From Octopus bimaculoides (Eukaryota), in contig NC_068994.1 of the NCBI RefSeq assembly GCF_001194135.2, forward strand, positions 253,914 to 317,913: a stretch of 64,000 nt of DNA, given 5' to 3'. Below the pieces are notes generated by a model. That model had not been told where the DNA came from and searched no databases. It worked only from the letters and a program-made list of their open reading frames with translations. This document shows, piece by piece, positions 25,390 through 39,049 of this stretch (positions are counted from its first letter, which is position 1; every line of letters begins with the position of its first letter). A program made the position numbers and the translations under genes.

Positions 25390-25720
25390 TAGAACAATAA
25401 ACTACAGACAACGGAACGAACACATAGGAAAATGAAAAGCCCCTTGGAATATCCCTTCATCAGCTGTCTCTATTCTATCTAGACGTTTCGAAGACCAGAC
25501 AGGACGTACTCTAGAATAGTCTCTTCCTGAGTAGTAGATCAACCAACTACACAGAGGATTCCAAGGTGGCAAACACAAACCAAGACAGGAAAAAATGGAC
25601 AGTGAAAACAACATTCAAAAGCCGTACGGCCAAACGCAAATCTGAGGTAGAACGCTAGTAGTTCGTCTTGCCTTCACAGCGGCTGGAGTGAAAAGAAAGC
25701 TGACCACAGGTCACACGAGA
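25390..25720 (-). mobile_element. Interspersed repeat with hammerhead-like remnants (Penelope/retrozyme-like)
   Basis: Minus strand contains CTCAGGA-AGAGACT...GGTCTTC-GAAACGTC-TAGATAG and a second CTGATGAAGGG about 20 nt downstream. Confidence 0.4.
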
Positions 25721-25722
25721 GC

Positions 25723-25887
25723 AGAGAGGATGGTGGAGGGAGGAAAGGGAACAAGGAGGAAGGGACAGAAGCAGTGAAGTAGAGGCCAGGACAGAAGGGT
25801 AGATAGGAAGATAGAGGAAGACAGATAGATAAATAGATAGAGAGGATGGTGGAGGGAGGAAGTGGAACAAGGAGGAAGGGACAGAAG
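25723..25887. repeat. About 49-bp purine-rich direct repeat pair
   Basis: AGAGAGGATGGTGGAGGGAGGAA.GGAACAAGGAGGAAGGGACAGAAG at 25723 and 25839. Confidence 0.85.
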
Positions 25888-26934
25888 GGTATAGCAGTGA
25901 CACTATACATGTGCGTGTATATATATATATATATCTCACACACATGTATGTATGTGTGTCTATCTCTCTCTGTACATAGGAGATGTGTGTCTGTGCGTGT
26001 ATGTGTTAATGTGAGGTCTTTAAATCAACGCAATTGGCAAGAGTTTGAACAGACGAGTGATTGACTGTGAAAGAAAGGCTGAAGATTCGAGTTGTTGTTT
26101 CTACAAACTTCCATTAGCGATTGTAGGAGACAGAACAAATTAACATTAGACACTTTGAAGTGTTCTTTCTCTAATTTTGTTATCGATCCGATAAAAGCTG
26201 ATGACAAGTGGCTTCTATTTTGGTCATGGTTACACCTGGTCAAACCAGAAAGTCAACCTAGTCCTCACCAAACTTGCCACTTCCTCACCACCACCTGCTT
26301 TTATACAGAAATCCTTCCTCTTCCGTTCTCCTCTGCCACTGCCATCTCAACCTGATCATCACCACCACTATCATCATCATCATCATCATCATCATCGCAA
26401 ACTTAAACTTATTGACATTCCGTTCTCTCTAACTTCTCCCCATCCTTCCCCATCATCCACCTTTCACATCTCCGTACTTGATAATTCGTACTGTCCTTTA
26501 ATCTACCCAAAATATCACAACTCACCCAGCCCCACGTCTCCGCCACCCAAGTAGACAAGAAGCAGTGTGTTCGCATATCTGTGATTGTATTACTGCTACG
26601 CATACAAATATAAATCCTAGCCTAAAATATGTACCCTGCCCCCCCCCCTGCTTGACTAGCATCTATTCACGCCTCGTCCTACATCAGTACCGCTACTTTA
26701 CCGCTCGATCTGCTAGAAATCGCAACCAAATATCTCTAAAATCACGAGTTTTCCCCCATTACTTTCCTTGACCTCAATTAATCAAGTTTGTTTTCATTAA
26801 GGGGGTAATTCTGGTTAAAACTTTGCGAAGGATCATTACACTAATTAGGGTAGAATATATTCAAGCATGCACTTCACAATTAGTTCCTCTGCTCTGCCTT
26901 CTTTCGAAGCGGCTTCTATACGGTCTTCCGCCCT

Positions 26935-27085
26935 GCTAGAAATAACAGCGATGCACCGCCTTTATAAAAAGGAGGAGAAATTGGATACTGTCGGCTGAAA
27001 CGAGAGGACAGCCGTGGCTGGAATGTCTTTGGCCATATTCTTACACGAGCAGGGGTAGCCAGGGGCTAAACAGCTACAACAAATC
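26935..27085 (+). mobile_element. SINE-like family C, 3' part
   Basis: CTAGAAATAACAG...GGCTGGAATGTCTTTGGCCATA...GGGGCTAAAC is shared with copies at 34325, 50915 and 59150. Confidence 0.6.
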
Positions 27086-27134
27086 AACCATTGTTTGAGG
27101 GGTTGTTATTTCTGTTGGTTCGTTTTTTATACAT

Positions 27135-27183
<49 letters not shown>

Positions 27184-27191
27184 TATATATA

Positions 27192-27441
27192 TTTCTTTTA
27201 TTTGTTTCAGTCATTTGACTGCGGCCATGCGGGAGCACCGTCTTTGGTCGAACAAATCAACCCCAGGACTTATTCTTCGTAAGCCTAGTACTTATTCTAT
27301 CGGATTCTTTTGCCAAACCGCTAAGATACGGGGACTTAAACAAACCAACATCAATTGTCAAGTGATGGTTGGGGTACAAACACATACATACATACATATA
27401 TATACATATATATATATATGCGACGGGCTTCTTTCAGTTTC
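27192..27441 (-). mobile_element. SINE family A, 3' half, cut by a gap
   Basis: TTTCAGTCATTTGACTGCGGCCATGC...GTACTTATTCTATCGG...TTTGCCAAACCGCTAAG...CGACGGGCTTCTTTCAGTTTC; reverse complement of the copy at 35.6-36.0 kb. Confidence 0.9.
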
Positions 27442-27740
27442 NNNNNNNNNNNNNNNNNNNNNNNNNNNNNNNNNNNNNNNNNNNNNNNNNNNNNNNNNNN
27501 NNNNNNNNNNNNNNNNNNNNNNNNNNNNNNNNNNNNNNNNNNNNNNNNNNNNNNNNNNNNNNNNNNNNNNNNNNNNNNNNNNNNNNNNNNNNNNNNNNNN
27601 NNNNNNNNNNNNNNNNNNNNNNNNNNNNNNNNNNNNNNNNNNNNNNNNNNNNNNNNNNNNNNNNNNNNNNNNNNNNNNNNNNNNNNNNNNNNNNNNNNNN
27701 NNNNNNNNNNNNNNNNNNNNNNNNNNNNNNNNNNNNNNNN

Positions 27741-27771
<31 letters not shown>

Positions 27772-28285
27772 GCACTCACACAGTGTATCCTCTTTATTCT
27801 CTACTATATAAGATACACTGGAATTGATGGAATTTATATACACTCTGTAATCATTGCCGGGTGTTTAGGACATTTCTCACTTGAACCAGCGGGAAGATGA
27901 GGAAAAGTCAACGTTGCGATGAGGTCCCGATCCTCTGTTGAAGATCTCTTCACTAACACCATTCGGTTTCATGGGAAAGGAATGAATGCCAAAACATCTC
28001 CAACCACACTTTTTTGAGGTTAAAAACTTTAGCAATATTCATCAATATCTTGCGACCAACTTCACATCTTTAAGAAAGCGGTTGTTTTTATCTTTTGTGT
28101 GGTACGGAGTAGGAGGAAAGGAATGAGAAGAAGTGAGAGGAGAGGACAGAGGTGAAGATGATGGAAGGAGGAGAACGATATAATAGAACGCTGATTATCT
28201 CTTACCATCACCACCCTGGGTTCATCCTTCTCTATATCATTATCATCGCCTTTATGACTGTTGTCCAGTAACATCATCCCCTGAC

Positions 28286-28384
28286 CATCACCACCACCAC
28301 TGCCACCATCGTCATCGTCATCACCACCACCACTGCCACCATCGTCATCGTCATCACCACCACCACTGCCACCATCGTCATCAT
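28286..28384. repeat. 33-bp minisatellite, 3 copies
   Basis: CATCACCACCACCACTGCCACCATCGTCATCGT repeated three times, with the last copy slightly varied. Confidence 0.9.
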
Positions 28385-29294
28385 CATTACGATATCAGAT
28401 GATAAAGCAATACCTTTAGATATGTAAATAGCCCAGAGACACCTTTATAATAACATCCACGCACCAGCGCCATCGATGTACCCCCACCCATTTTCCCTCT
28501 CATCATATTTATCTGATAGAACCCCAAAAGGCCATTTTGTATTTATTGACAAATTCAATAGGGGAGGGGAAGCTAGGCAATTGCTTTGCTGAGTTCGATC
28601 TGTTCAAGGGAACATAACTTACACACTCCGCTAAATTTAATGCTAATAAGAAAGTGTGTTGTTGTTGTTGTTGTTGTCATTTCTCTCATGATTCTCTTGT
28701 TATCATTATTTCAATAGAAACGGAATATCTGCGGGAGAACAAAGAAGTAATATCGCAATGCTAACTGAATTCTTTATCGAAAGAAGATTAACGAAGAACA
28801 ACCATAATGAAGAGAGGAGGGCGATGAAAGCGCTCCATTTTAGCATTATTATCAGAGGGGGGGGGGTGTCACAATATGGTTAGAGTGAAGGAAACTAAAT
28901 AAAGAAACTATTGTAACAGATTTGAATATTTAGAGATAATAATGTGGGTGTGCAGACTGGGAAAAATCAGTGGAGCATCATACAAAATATATATCGTTTA
29001 ATGAATACAAGATTACATGGGAGCTACAATAAGTTTCATACTCGGATACTACAATAGTCGGACAAGCTGAGACAGCGTGTCATGTGCTATCCAGCACTCA
29101 TTCTGGTTCAGAATAATTGAGCCTATATGATTGCAAAATCGGTACACAGCAAGCTTTACAAGCTCGTCTGACTATTGTACTATCAGAGTACGAAACTTAT
29201 AGTCACTCACATATGAATATTGTGAGTATGCCATCGCTGGATGGAGTCTTTTACTGTTGATCCTGGCAACAACGAAACAATACACATACAACAT

Positions 29295-29512
29295 TCTTTT
29301 CTACTCTAGGCACAAGGCCCGAAATTTTGGAGGAGGGGGCCAGTCGATTAGATTGACCCCAGTACGCAACTGGTACTTAATTTGTCGACCCCCGAAAGGA
29401 TGAAAGGCAAAGTCGACCTCGGCGGAATTTGAACTCAGAACGCAAAGACAGACGAAATACCGCTCAGCGTATCGCCCGGTTGCGTGCCAACGTTTCTGCC
29501 AGCTCGCCGCCT
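29295..29512 (-). mobile_element. SINE family B, full length
   Basis: Head with GAGTTCAAATTCC B-box and central GTCGACTTTGCCTTTCATCCTTTCGGGGGTCGACAAATTAAGTACCAG, which resembles the Meta-SINE central domain as I recall it. Tail GCCTTGTGCCTAGAGTAG. Confidence 0.9.
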
Positions 29513-29540
29513 TCACACACACAATATTCACTGAAATCTA

Positions 29541-29632
29541 AGGCAGGGGGGAGCTGGTAGAAACGTTGGCACGCAACCGGGCGAAATGCTCAGCGGTATT
29601 TCGTCTGTCTTTGCGTTCTGAGTTCAAATTCC
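29541..29632 (+). mobile_element. SINE family B head, inverted duplicate of the adjacent copy
   Basis: 29551-29632 is the reverse complement of 29424-29505 with 4 mismatches in 82 bp (manual alignment). Confidence 0.9.
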
Positions 29633-29679
29633 AAAAATTTTATTTTGAAATGTTTCGAGACCATAGACGAAGTTTTGAT

Positions 29680-29826
29680 TGTGTAATTAAGAAATTCGGT
29701 GGGCAACGTTTTGGTTTTCGATTCCATTCTACCACGCCTCAGCTGAAAAAAATGTCTAAATAAAGACCCGAAGCAACAAAACTTCGTGAGTGAAATTGGC
29801 AAACAGAAACTGGGTAGAAGTCCGTC
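29680..29826 (+). mobile_element. SINE family A, 5' half, very degenerate
   Basis: GTGTAATTAAGAAATTCG...CGATTCC...CTTCGTGAGTGAAATTGGCAAACAGAAACTG...AGAAGTCCGTC. Confidence 0.5.
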
Positions 29827-30942
29827 AAATAGATCTTGTTACAAATAGATCTATCTTCATTTTACACCAAATGCTAGTCCTTTGCTGCTTGTAATGTAGT
29901 CCCTTCTCTTGTAAACATTCAGGCCGAATCTGGGGCCAACTGCCTCCCTTCCACACATTAGTCAACAAAGAAGTTACGGGTTGAAATTTTACAGTTTTAC
30001 TCTTTCGTCCACAAATTATATTCGTAAAATGTCGGTTAGCTTTCTTTGGAGATTGCCATCTATTTACTATCATCACCAATAATTACAGGCATAAATGTGA
30101 ATGTATAGCCTGGATAGAGAAGATTGCAGGCTATGAAGCAAAGTGTATATAATATATATATGTAGATAGTGAAGGCCTAAGGTTTTGAAGTAGTAGTCTG
30201 AAAACATTCAGTTTCTCGTTGATTTTGAAAGGAATGTCCTCGTCTTCAGGTTAGAAGACTGAAGAGAAAGAGAGCGAGAGAGAGCGAGAGAGAGAGAGAG
30301 AGAGAGAGAGTTTTATCATTTTCTGTGCCAAACAACTCTTGTCAGATCCGTTGTGTTTACACTTGGAAGTTTTGATGGGAATGTTCCACCAATATTGTTA
30401 TTCCTTGTGTCGATACACACACNNNNNNNNNNNNNNNNNNNNNNNNNNNNNNNNNNNNNNNNNNNNNNNNNNNNNTATATATATATATATGTATATATAT
30501 AATGCACACACACACACACGATTGGGTGAGACGTCCGTATGAAGACTGACATAAATCCGACAGCTTTGTTGAAAAACTTACCAAACTTCCACTACTCTCC
30601 AATCGTGATGTGTGTATATAATTAAGTTGCCTTCTTTCGGCAACCTTTACGCTAGCTGACATATCTCACACACACATACACACGTATACATACATTCATG
30701 CATAGATATTTAATATAAATATTAAAGTTCATATATATATGTATATATATACACACACACACAAACACACACACATAGAGCGACAGACATTCAGAGAAAG
30801 AGACACCGAGAGAGACACCGAGAGAGACGTGAGACGTCTGTACTTATGGATGCGTTTGTGAGTGTGTTAAAACTGTTTTATTAAAATCGTATTGTGACGG
30901 ATTTCAAATCTCCCCCCCCCACCTTTTTTTCTCTCTCTCTCC

Positions 30943-30983
<41 letters not shown>

Positions 30984-31634
30984 GCGCACGCGATTGGTAT
31001 CATCAGACCTGTATTGCCTGACAGATACTTTATACATTTAGCTAGTATTTGAAATCTGTACGTCTGTTTATATCACACACACACACTTACACTCACACAC
31101 ACTACTCCTTACGCTCACCTAGGAGTATATACACGTGTATGTCAGATTTCCCGCCTATCTCTCGATGTTCTCTGCCCATATATGTATACGTATGCATATA
31201 TGTATGTGTATACACTAAACCTATATNNNNNNNNNNNNNNNNNNNNNNNNNNNNNNNNNNNNNNNNNNNNNNNNNNNNNNNNNNNNNNNNNNNNNNNNNN
31301 NNNNNNNNNNNNNNNNNNNNNNNNNNNNNNNNNNNNNNNNNNNNNNNNNNNNNNNNNNNNNNNNNNNNNNNNNNNNNNNNNNNNNNNNNNNNNNNNNNNN
31401 NNNNNNNNNNNNNNNNNNNNNNNNNNNNNNNNNNNNNNNNNNNNNNNNNNNNNNNNNNNNNNNNNNNNNNNNNNNNNNNNNNNNNNNNNNNNNNNNNNNN
31501 NNNNNNNNNNNNNNNNNNNNNNNNNNNNNNNNNNNNNNNNNNNNNNNNNNNNNNNNNNNNNNNNNNNNNNNNNNNNNNNNNNNNNNNNNNNNNNNNNNNN
31601 NNNNNNNNNNNNNNNNNNNNNNNNNNNNNNNNNN

Positions 31635-31664
<30 letters not shown>

Positions 31665-31669
<5 letters not shown>

Positions 31670-33153
31670 TTTCGATTTACAGGATCATGCTCAAAGTGGT
31701 TTCGTCACTCGCACGCACCATCTTTGCTCCATTCACCCACCTTTTTTTTGAAACATTCACGAGACAAAACCTGCCTCTCCATTCTCACCTTCCTTTTCAA
31801 GTGTTACTTGAAAAAGATGACGAGCGATTGGCCAGAGAGGTAAGTGTTTGTCTCTAATCCTTTCTCTCGAGTCCACCACACACATTCTTTCACCATGGCT
31901 ACCAGTACGATGAAGACTGCCTTACCTTCCCGGTTGAGGGAAGGTGGCGGAACAATTGTCACGATAGACCCGGCCGACAGGCGGACTCGTCCCACACGTG
32001 ACAGCAGCCGTTCGGCATAAGCCCACAGGTCCGAAATGGTTGGACACTGCACGAGTGCGTGCAGAACGGTTTCGTCGCTCTGACCGCATCTCGAGCAAGT
32101 CCGTCCGGTGTGTCTCGAACCGTGCCTGTAGAGCTTACCCCGAACAGGTAATGCTTCTCAATAGCATTGCCGGCCAGGGATCTTTGGTGCTTGTCCATAG
32201 GTCCCGGCCCGAAAGTTGTGCTTCTCGTCGACGCCCAGATTCTGCCCGAGAACGTCGTCGCACCTCCCCTCCACTAATCCTCTATAGAACGCCTTTGTTT
32301 GTAATGAAGTCGTACAAGTTTGGTCCCGGACGGCAGAGTTGCTTGAGAGCAACGCGACACTCGCGGTACCATTTGCCTCGCCTCGGTCTCTGTTCGATCC
32401 ACGACTGCAGTTCGACCAAGGAGACGAGCTGCGGGAAAGCGCGCCGCACAAACGGCGACCACACCTGTTCACCGTCGTCTATGAGGCGCCGGAGATGTTG
32501 CAGTCTCAGCGCATGTCTGCACATCATCAACCACGGCATGCCTAGCCCTTCATTTAGCGGGTGTTGACAGCAAATGGATCACCTAACCATCGGAACGCTT
32601 CCCTTCCACAAGAAGCGGAAGAGCATGCTTTCCTGTTTGGTGATGGTAGGGTCAGGACAAGGCACGACGGTCAGACGGTACTCGATGACGCATGCGATGT
32701 ACGCGTTCACCACCTCCGCCCGACCTTTTAGAGATAGCTTCCTCTCGGCCCATTGCTGGGTGAGAGTGGCCACACTAGTCGTTATTTCGCCCCAGTTCTT
32801 CTCCATTTGGAGGTCCGGACCGAACAAGACACCGAGCATTTTATCTGGTCCGTCGGCCCAGCGTCCCACGATGGAAACGCTGTTGGATGGCATGGACTTG
32901 CTTCTCCAGGTGCCGAGCAGCAAGCCCACTGACTTTTCCGCGGTTAATTTTTGCTCCCGTTATCGCTTCGTATTCTTTTAGTGTCTCGCCGACCAGGTCG
33001 ATGTGCTTGGGGCTCGACACTATTACGGTGACGTCGTCCGCGTATGCAGACACGCTCCTCCCGCATCCCAGCTCTTGTGGGATGCCCTTCAGCGTCGCCA
33101 GCTTCCACAGTAGTGACTCAAGAGTCAATACGTTCAGAAGCGACGAGAGGGGG
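31665..33153 (-). mobile_element. Tx1/L1-clade LINE ORF2, 3' fragment (RT YADD through zinc knuckle to stop)
   Basis: CPLSSLL...VSAYADDVT...GAKINRGKS, LSLKGRAEVVN, FRFLWKG, GLGMP, then a C-terminal knuckle ending VQCPTISDLW. Stop at 31677-31679. GC-richer than the surroundings and with few frameshifts. Confidence 0.9.
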
Positions 33154-33333
<180 letters not shown>

Positions 33334-34324
33334 NNNNNNNNNNNNNNNNNNNNNNNNNNNNNNNNNNNNNNNNNNNNNNNNNNNNNNNNNNNNNNNNNNN
33401 NNNNNNNNNNNNNNNNNNNNNNNNNNNNNNNNNNNNNNNNNNNNNNNNNNNNNNNNNNNNNNNNNNNNNNNNNNNNNNNNNNNNNNNNNNNNNNNNNNNN
33501 NNNNNNNNNNNNNNNNNNNNNNNNNNNNNNNNNNNNNNNNNNNNNNNNNNNNNNNNNNNNNNNNNNNNNNNNNNNNNNNNNNNNNNNNNNNNTCCTTTCC
33601 CCGTTGTTCCTTTGCGAAGTGATACTGAAGGCAAGCAATTAAGCCGTTCTCTTTGTGTCCACTTGGACACGGAACTATTGGTGAGGAAGAGGAGGAGGGG
33701 GAAGGAAGCCGTCTATAATTAACTGCTCTGTAGCTCTGTAAGCAACCTTCTATCCACGAAAAACACCGTTTGCGCCGAAATAATTGACTTGAGGTTGAAA
33801 CGCCAAACTGCATTTGAATGAGTTTGCTTGGATTTACAAAGATTTGATCAGATCTGGTTAACGTTATCACAACCGAAGCATTTCTAATGCAGGGATAATT
33901 GGAGGTAGTGAATGGATGTGAAAGAATGGTTGATGAAACAGCGGAAAGTAATGATAACGAGTTCAGTCAGTGCTAAATAGATGCTGGTCACACAGGATGC
34001 ATACAAACTGTATTGGCTGTTACTTAAATTTTAATGTTTAAGACTTTGAGGAATTTAATCCGATACTCGGTTGATTACCAGTACATCATCCTTGGGTACA
34101 TTTAGGGGTATGCTCGTCTCTCTCTCTCTCTCTTGCAGTATTCGGGCAAGGTCACTATATATACACATATATATATATTGCCTGGAGTCCGGGAAAGGGT
34201 TGTGCCGCGCTGCCGTCCTTTCTCTTTTTTGATTCATTAAATTCTGAGAAGCGGGGGGGGGGACATCGTCCATGACCTTCAGATACCAAGGAAATCAATT
34301 ATGATTAATGTTGACAAAAAAAAC

Positions 34325-34520
34325 AAAAATAGTGAAATCTCGCTGAAATCACACTTTAAATGAAGGGCCCATTGGATAATGAAGGGCCCATTGGATAATG
34401 AAGGGCCCATTGGATAATGAAGTCCTAGAAATGTCGAGAAGCAAAGAATGATGACGGTTAGAATATCTTTGGCCATTGGTCTGCTAAGTCAGGTTTGAGA
34501 TGGAGTTGAACAGTAACAGC
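34325..34520 (+). mobile_element. SINE-like family C copy with an internal 19-bp triplication
   Basis: AAATCTCGCTGAAATCACAC...GAATATCTTTGGCCATTGGTCTGCT. AATGAAGGGCCCATTGGAT x3 at 34359-34415. Confidence 0.65.
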
Positions 34521-35590
34521 ATCAACAACAACAGCAGAGGCAAGAATAGCAGCAACAACAATATGGTGAAAACGAAATTCGAGTCATTGCACCAATGGAG
34601 AAGAATGATTGGATAGTGGTGGGCCAGGCTGGTAAGAGTCGTCAGAGAATCTCTTAAGAAATAAATACATAGCATCTGACTGGATTCGAACCAGAAAACT
34701 TTATTTCTAAATGAAAAGGCAGTAATGTCAATGACTTCAAACATTTCTAGTAAAGGTTACAGGATCGAATCCAGTCTAGCAAAATATAAACCAAGGGACT
34801 GGGACAAAAAGAACATGACCAAAAACAACATAAGGAAAAACAGACGATAACAAACGGGGGAAACTAAAGAAAAACAAGATACACGGACCATTCGCAGCAC
34901 ATTTCCTCATCGGAACATAAATATTTAGGAGTAACTTAATGTAAATCTATAGTTTGACGTCATGTAAACGCAAGATAATAAGGTAGGGGATTTAGGTCGG
35001 CGCTCTAAGTTTTCCACGCCCCGCCACCACCGCCACCACCAATACTTTTAATAAGCCACACAGAAGTTATCTTAATTAGAAGAATTCAAGTCAGAACTTG
35101 AAATATTTAACCTAATTAGGAGATAGTTCAAGATCATTAACATTGCACTTGTGGCACAGGATACTTATGCAGCACGGGGCTGTGGGGTAATGTCAGATTA
35201 TGGGGGCTTATGTAGGTGGGGAGGAGCAGGGATATATATGTGGACTGATAGTCTTAATCTAATACTGATCCTGGAGTCAGCGCTTCCTGCTGAAATATCT
35301 CAGAAACTAATCTTTCATTTAGAAAACATATCAGGTCAACTGATGTCAATGGGTTATCTCCCTTGATAAGGGGCATCTTGCAAATTTTACCTCCCACATA
35401 AAGGTACTTGCCACTAAAAAAAACGCCCAATATAAACACATACATTGTTATTTCTTTAATAGTTCACTGTGGCCATGCTAGGGCATTACCATCTATCGTT
35501 TTAATCGATTATATCGATTCCAGGATAGATTTTAGATTATGGGTCTCATCAGGTACATCCATATATAAAGGATTGCGTCTCGTTAAAAAT

Positions 35591-35701
35591 CCCAAACTTG
35601 GTTCCGGGTTCAGTCCCAATGCGTGGCACCTTGGGCAAGTACCTTCTACTATAGCCTCGGGTCGGCCAAAGCCTTGTGAGTGGATATGAAAGAAGCCCGT
35701 C

Positions 35702-35769
<68 letters not shown>

Positions 35770-35988
35770 TCCCTCCACCATCGTTTTAACAACCGATGTT
35801 GGTGTATTTATGTCCCTGTAACTTAGTGGTTCGGCAAAACAGACCGACAGGATAAGTACTAGGCTTACGAAAAATAAGTCCTGGGTTTGATTGTTCGACT
35901 AAAACCGATGCTCCAGAATGGCCGCAGTCAGATAACTCAAATAAGTAAAAAAAATAAAAGAATAAAAGAATAAAAGAATAAAAGAATA
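35591..35988 (+). mobile_element. SINE family A, near full length, with (TAAAAGAA)n tail
   Basis: GGTTCCGGGTTCAGTCCC...GGCACCTTGGGCAAGT...GAAAGAAGCCCGTC, then (TA)n(TG)n, the 3' half, and an 8-bp tandem tail. Confidence 0.9.
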
Positions 35989-36399
35989 TATATAAAACGC
36001 GTGCGCGCGCGCGAATATTCTTGTGGAAAACCTTATAAGACAAGACGTGAATTGATATGTAGGGTTTAGTCTGTGTGTCTGTGTGTGTGAACATGTTTTT
36101 AGTTAAAGGTACGTATGATGTCTATTCAACAATGCCCCCTTCTGTGAAGGTCACAGAAGTTAGGGGGCGCTGTATATACAAAAGTTCCCAAGCCTCAGAC
36201 CGGGTGTAAAAACAAAGTCTGCCAAACACATGCTGCTGTTGTTGTTGTTGTTGTTGTTGTTGTGAATGGTTTATTCAGCGACAATCCACTCGGTGTGGTA
36301 ATCTCCTGGCTTCACCCTCCACCTGACCTCTTCACCGATGGCATCACTCTGTGTAGATATAGATATATAGATATATGTGTGTAGGTGTGTGCATACACA

Positions 36400-36438
<39 letters not shown>

Positions 36439-36764
36439 ATATATATATTTGTATGTGTTCATCCTTGTATCAATACAAGGCTAAAGACACGTACACAGTT
36501 ATGTCTATGGCCTCTGTGCGTCTCTATAGTCCCTGTCTACATTGAAATGTCTCCGCGTTCTTGCTGCATGGATATGTATTTCTATATACCTACATTTGTT
36601 TTACTTGAAAATTGCACGCGCGCGCAAGTGTGTCTGTATGTCTATGTGCTTGTATCTATATTTTTCTATGTATGAGCATATATGTGTACACGTGGTGGTG
36701 TGCGTTTATATATATCATCAACCGTCCAATCAAAGAGCCCAACCATCTTCAGTATTTGTTAAAT

Positions 36765-36992
36765 TTGGTACTTATTCTATCGGTATATTTTGGGAACAAA
36801 CGCAGAAACACACACACACACACACACACGATGGTCTTTTCATACAGTTTTCGTCTATCAGATCCACTCGCAATGCATTGGTTGGTGTGGGGTTACGGTA
36901 GAAAACACTTGTGAAGTTGCCCAGATGTGGAGCTGAAACCGAAATCACGTGGTTGTAGTTACGTAATCACGTGGTTAACTCCAAAGCTATGC
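36765..36992 (-). mobile_element. SINE family A, degenerate
   Basis: GTACTTATTCTATCGG...CAGTTTTCGTCTATCAGATCCACTCGC...AAACACTTG...CTGAAACCGAAATCACGTGG. Confidence 0.6.
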
Positions 36993-37369
36993 GTGTATCT
37001 CGAGAAAATAGGATTGGATGCTCATGGCTGGACTGGTTTCCATTATAGATCCGCTGAAAGACGTCTAACCACGGGTACAACAACAAGAGTACATCGGTGA
37101 GAAACCGTTACCCCCTGAAACTAGTAAATATTATATTGCCTGTAAAATGCTGGCGATAAATTTCTTAATCCCTAATTTCCATTTTATGGCCGTATTTTCT
37201 CCTTACATTTCAATCAGTGACTCTCCTTATGTTATTGCTTCTCCCGTTATGGATTACTGTAGCATTTCACTGAACTCACTCTATTTTATGGCCGTTAGTT
37301 GGCACTTAATTAAATATTTCACGCCAAACAACTCTCACACAACACTCCATTGACTTATATTTATATACG

Positions 37370-37417
<48 letters not shown>

Positions 37418-37721
37418 AGTATGTATACACTCACACATACATAGCCATACGTTACGTTTCTGCGTAGGCGTGTGTGTCTATATTCATCTTTGGATACAGA
37501 CATAGTTTCAATCATCCATAGATACACACAGTTACATATATACATACAAACATATATACACATCCACTTTTAGGTGTGTATAGATCATTTTTAAATATTA
37601 TGTATAGCTTTACATCTATATTAATTTGTTATTGAGGAAGGGATATCCATTAACATTTATGATTAGATATATATATATATATATATGCATAACACACACA
37701 CACACACACACATAATGTATG

Positions 37722-37778
<57 letters not shown>

Positions 37779-37812
37779 NNNNNNNNNNTATATATATGTA
37801 TGTATATGTATG

Positions 37813-37854
<42 letters not shown>

Positions 37855-38616
37855 GACTTATCTGAACTCAATACATTGGCTGGAGTAAATATTTTGTTGC
37901 AAGGATAAAATACTTCTTAACATGGAGGTCGCTGTAATTTGTACCTGTTGTTGTATAAACCCGGTGAGATTTAATCAATCAATATTCTGATCTTTCAAAT
38001 TACTCTGGATGACTTAATAACACCGTTGTATGTCACTTGGGGTCCAGGTTTCCAAGGTTTCCACTCTAAATCCTGTCCCTTTCGTTGTAATATCTCCTCC
38101 CACCATCTCTTCTCCTGCTATCCCACAGGTTTCAAATGGCTGCTCCTCCTACCACAACCATTCAATTCTTTCTCCTCCACCCGTCACTCATCTGGACCTC
38201 CAGCTGAGAACCACTGATTCACAGCCCCACCCGCTTCCACACGATGCCACACGATGCCACACCCGTTGGTCTCAGCCAACGAAGGTGCTTTTTCTGGATC
38301 GCTTAAAAATAGTAGCCAAAGTTTCCTCAAGCAACCCTCTACCGTCAATACTGCAATTCAGTGTACAAAACTCATGCAAACAAGCCAGATTATCGTGATT
38401 GAACAGGCACTCCAACCACGACCACCCAGATAAACAATTGCTCTTACCCCATGCACTAAAACAGAACAAACCGAGAAGAGGCAAAGATTGCTTATTGAAT
38501 TTTAGTTATGAATAAACAGAACTAACTAAATTTATTTTAAGAAACGTTGTCATTTCTTTTAAAGATCACTAAATCTAGCGGTGTGCGCGCGCGCGTGTCT
38601 GTGTTGTGTACATGCT

Positions 38617-38660
<44 letters not shown>

Positions 38661-39049
38661 CGCGTATGTGTGTATAAATGTGTGTGCGTATGTGTATCTA
38701 AATATGTATATATTTGTCTACATGTATGTGAGTGTGTATGTGAGTGTATATGTGCAAGTATATGTGTATAAATATGCATATATATTTGTAGCAATAATCT
38801 ATCCATCTATTACAAATAAGAAGCAAAAAAGTGTTAATCACATCTTTAATGACCAGTTATAATTGTTTCTGTGCCAATTCACGTAAAAATTCCATGTGAA
38901 AAGTTACATAATGTTTGCGGTTTTGAACATTAGAGGGATACTTCTTCAGGCTTGCATCAAAGGGGCACGCTTAGATGGAGCGTCCGGCACAGTGGCTTAT
39001 ATAGTTTTTGACCTTTCATTATTTTTTATCCCTTTTATTTCGAATCTTG

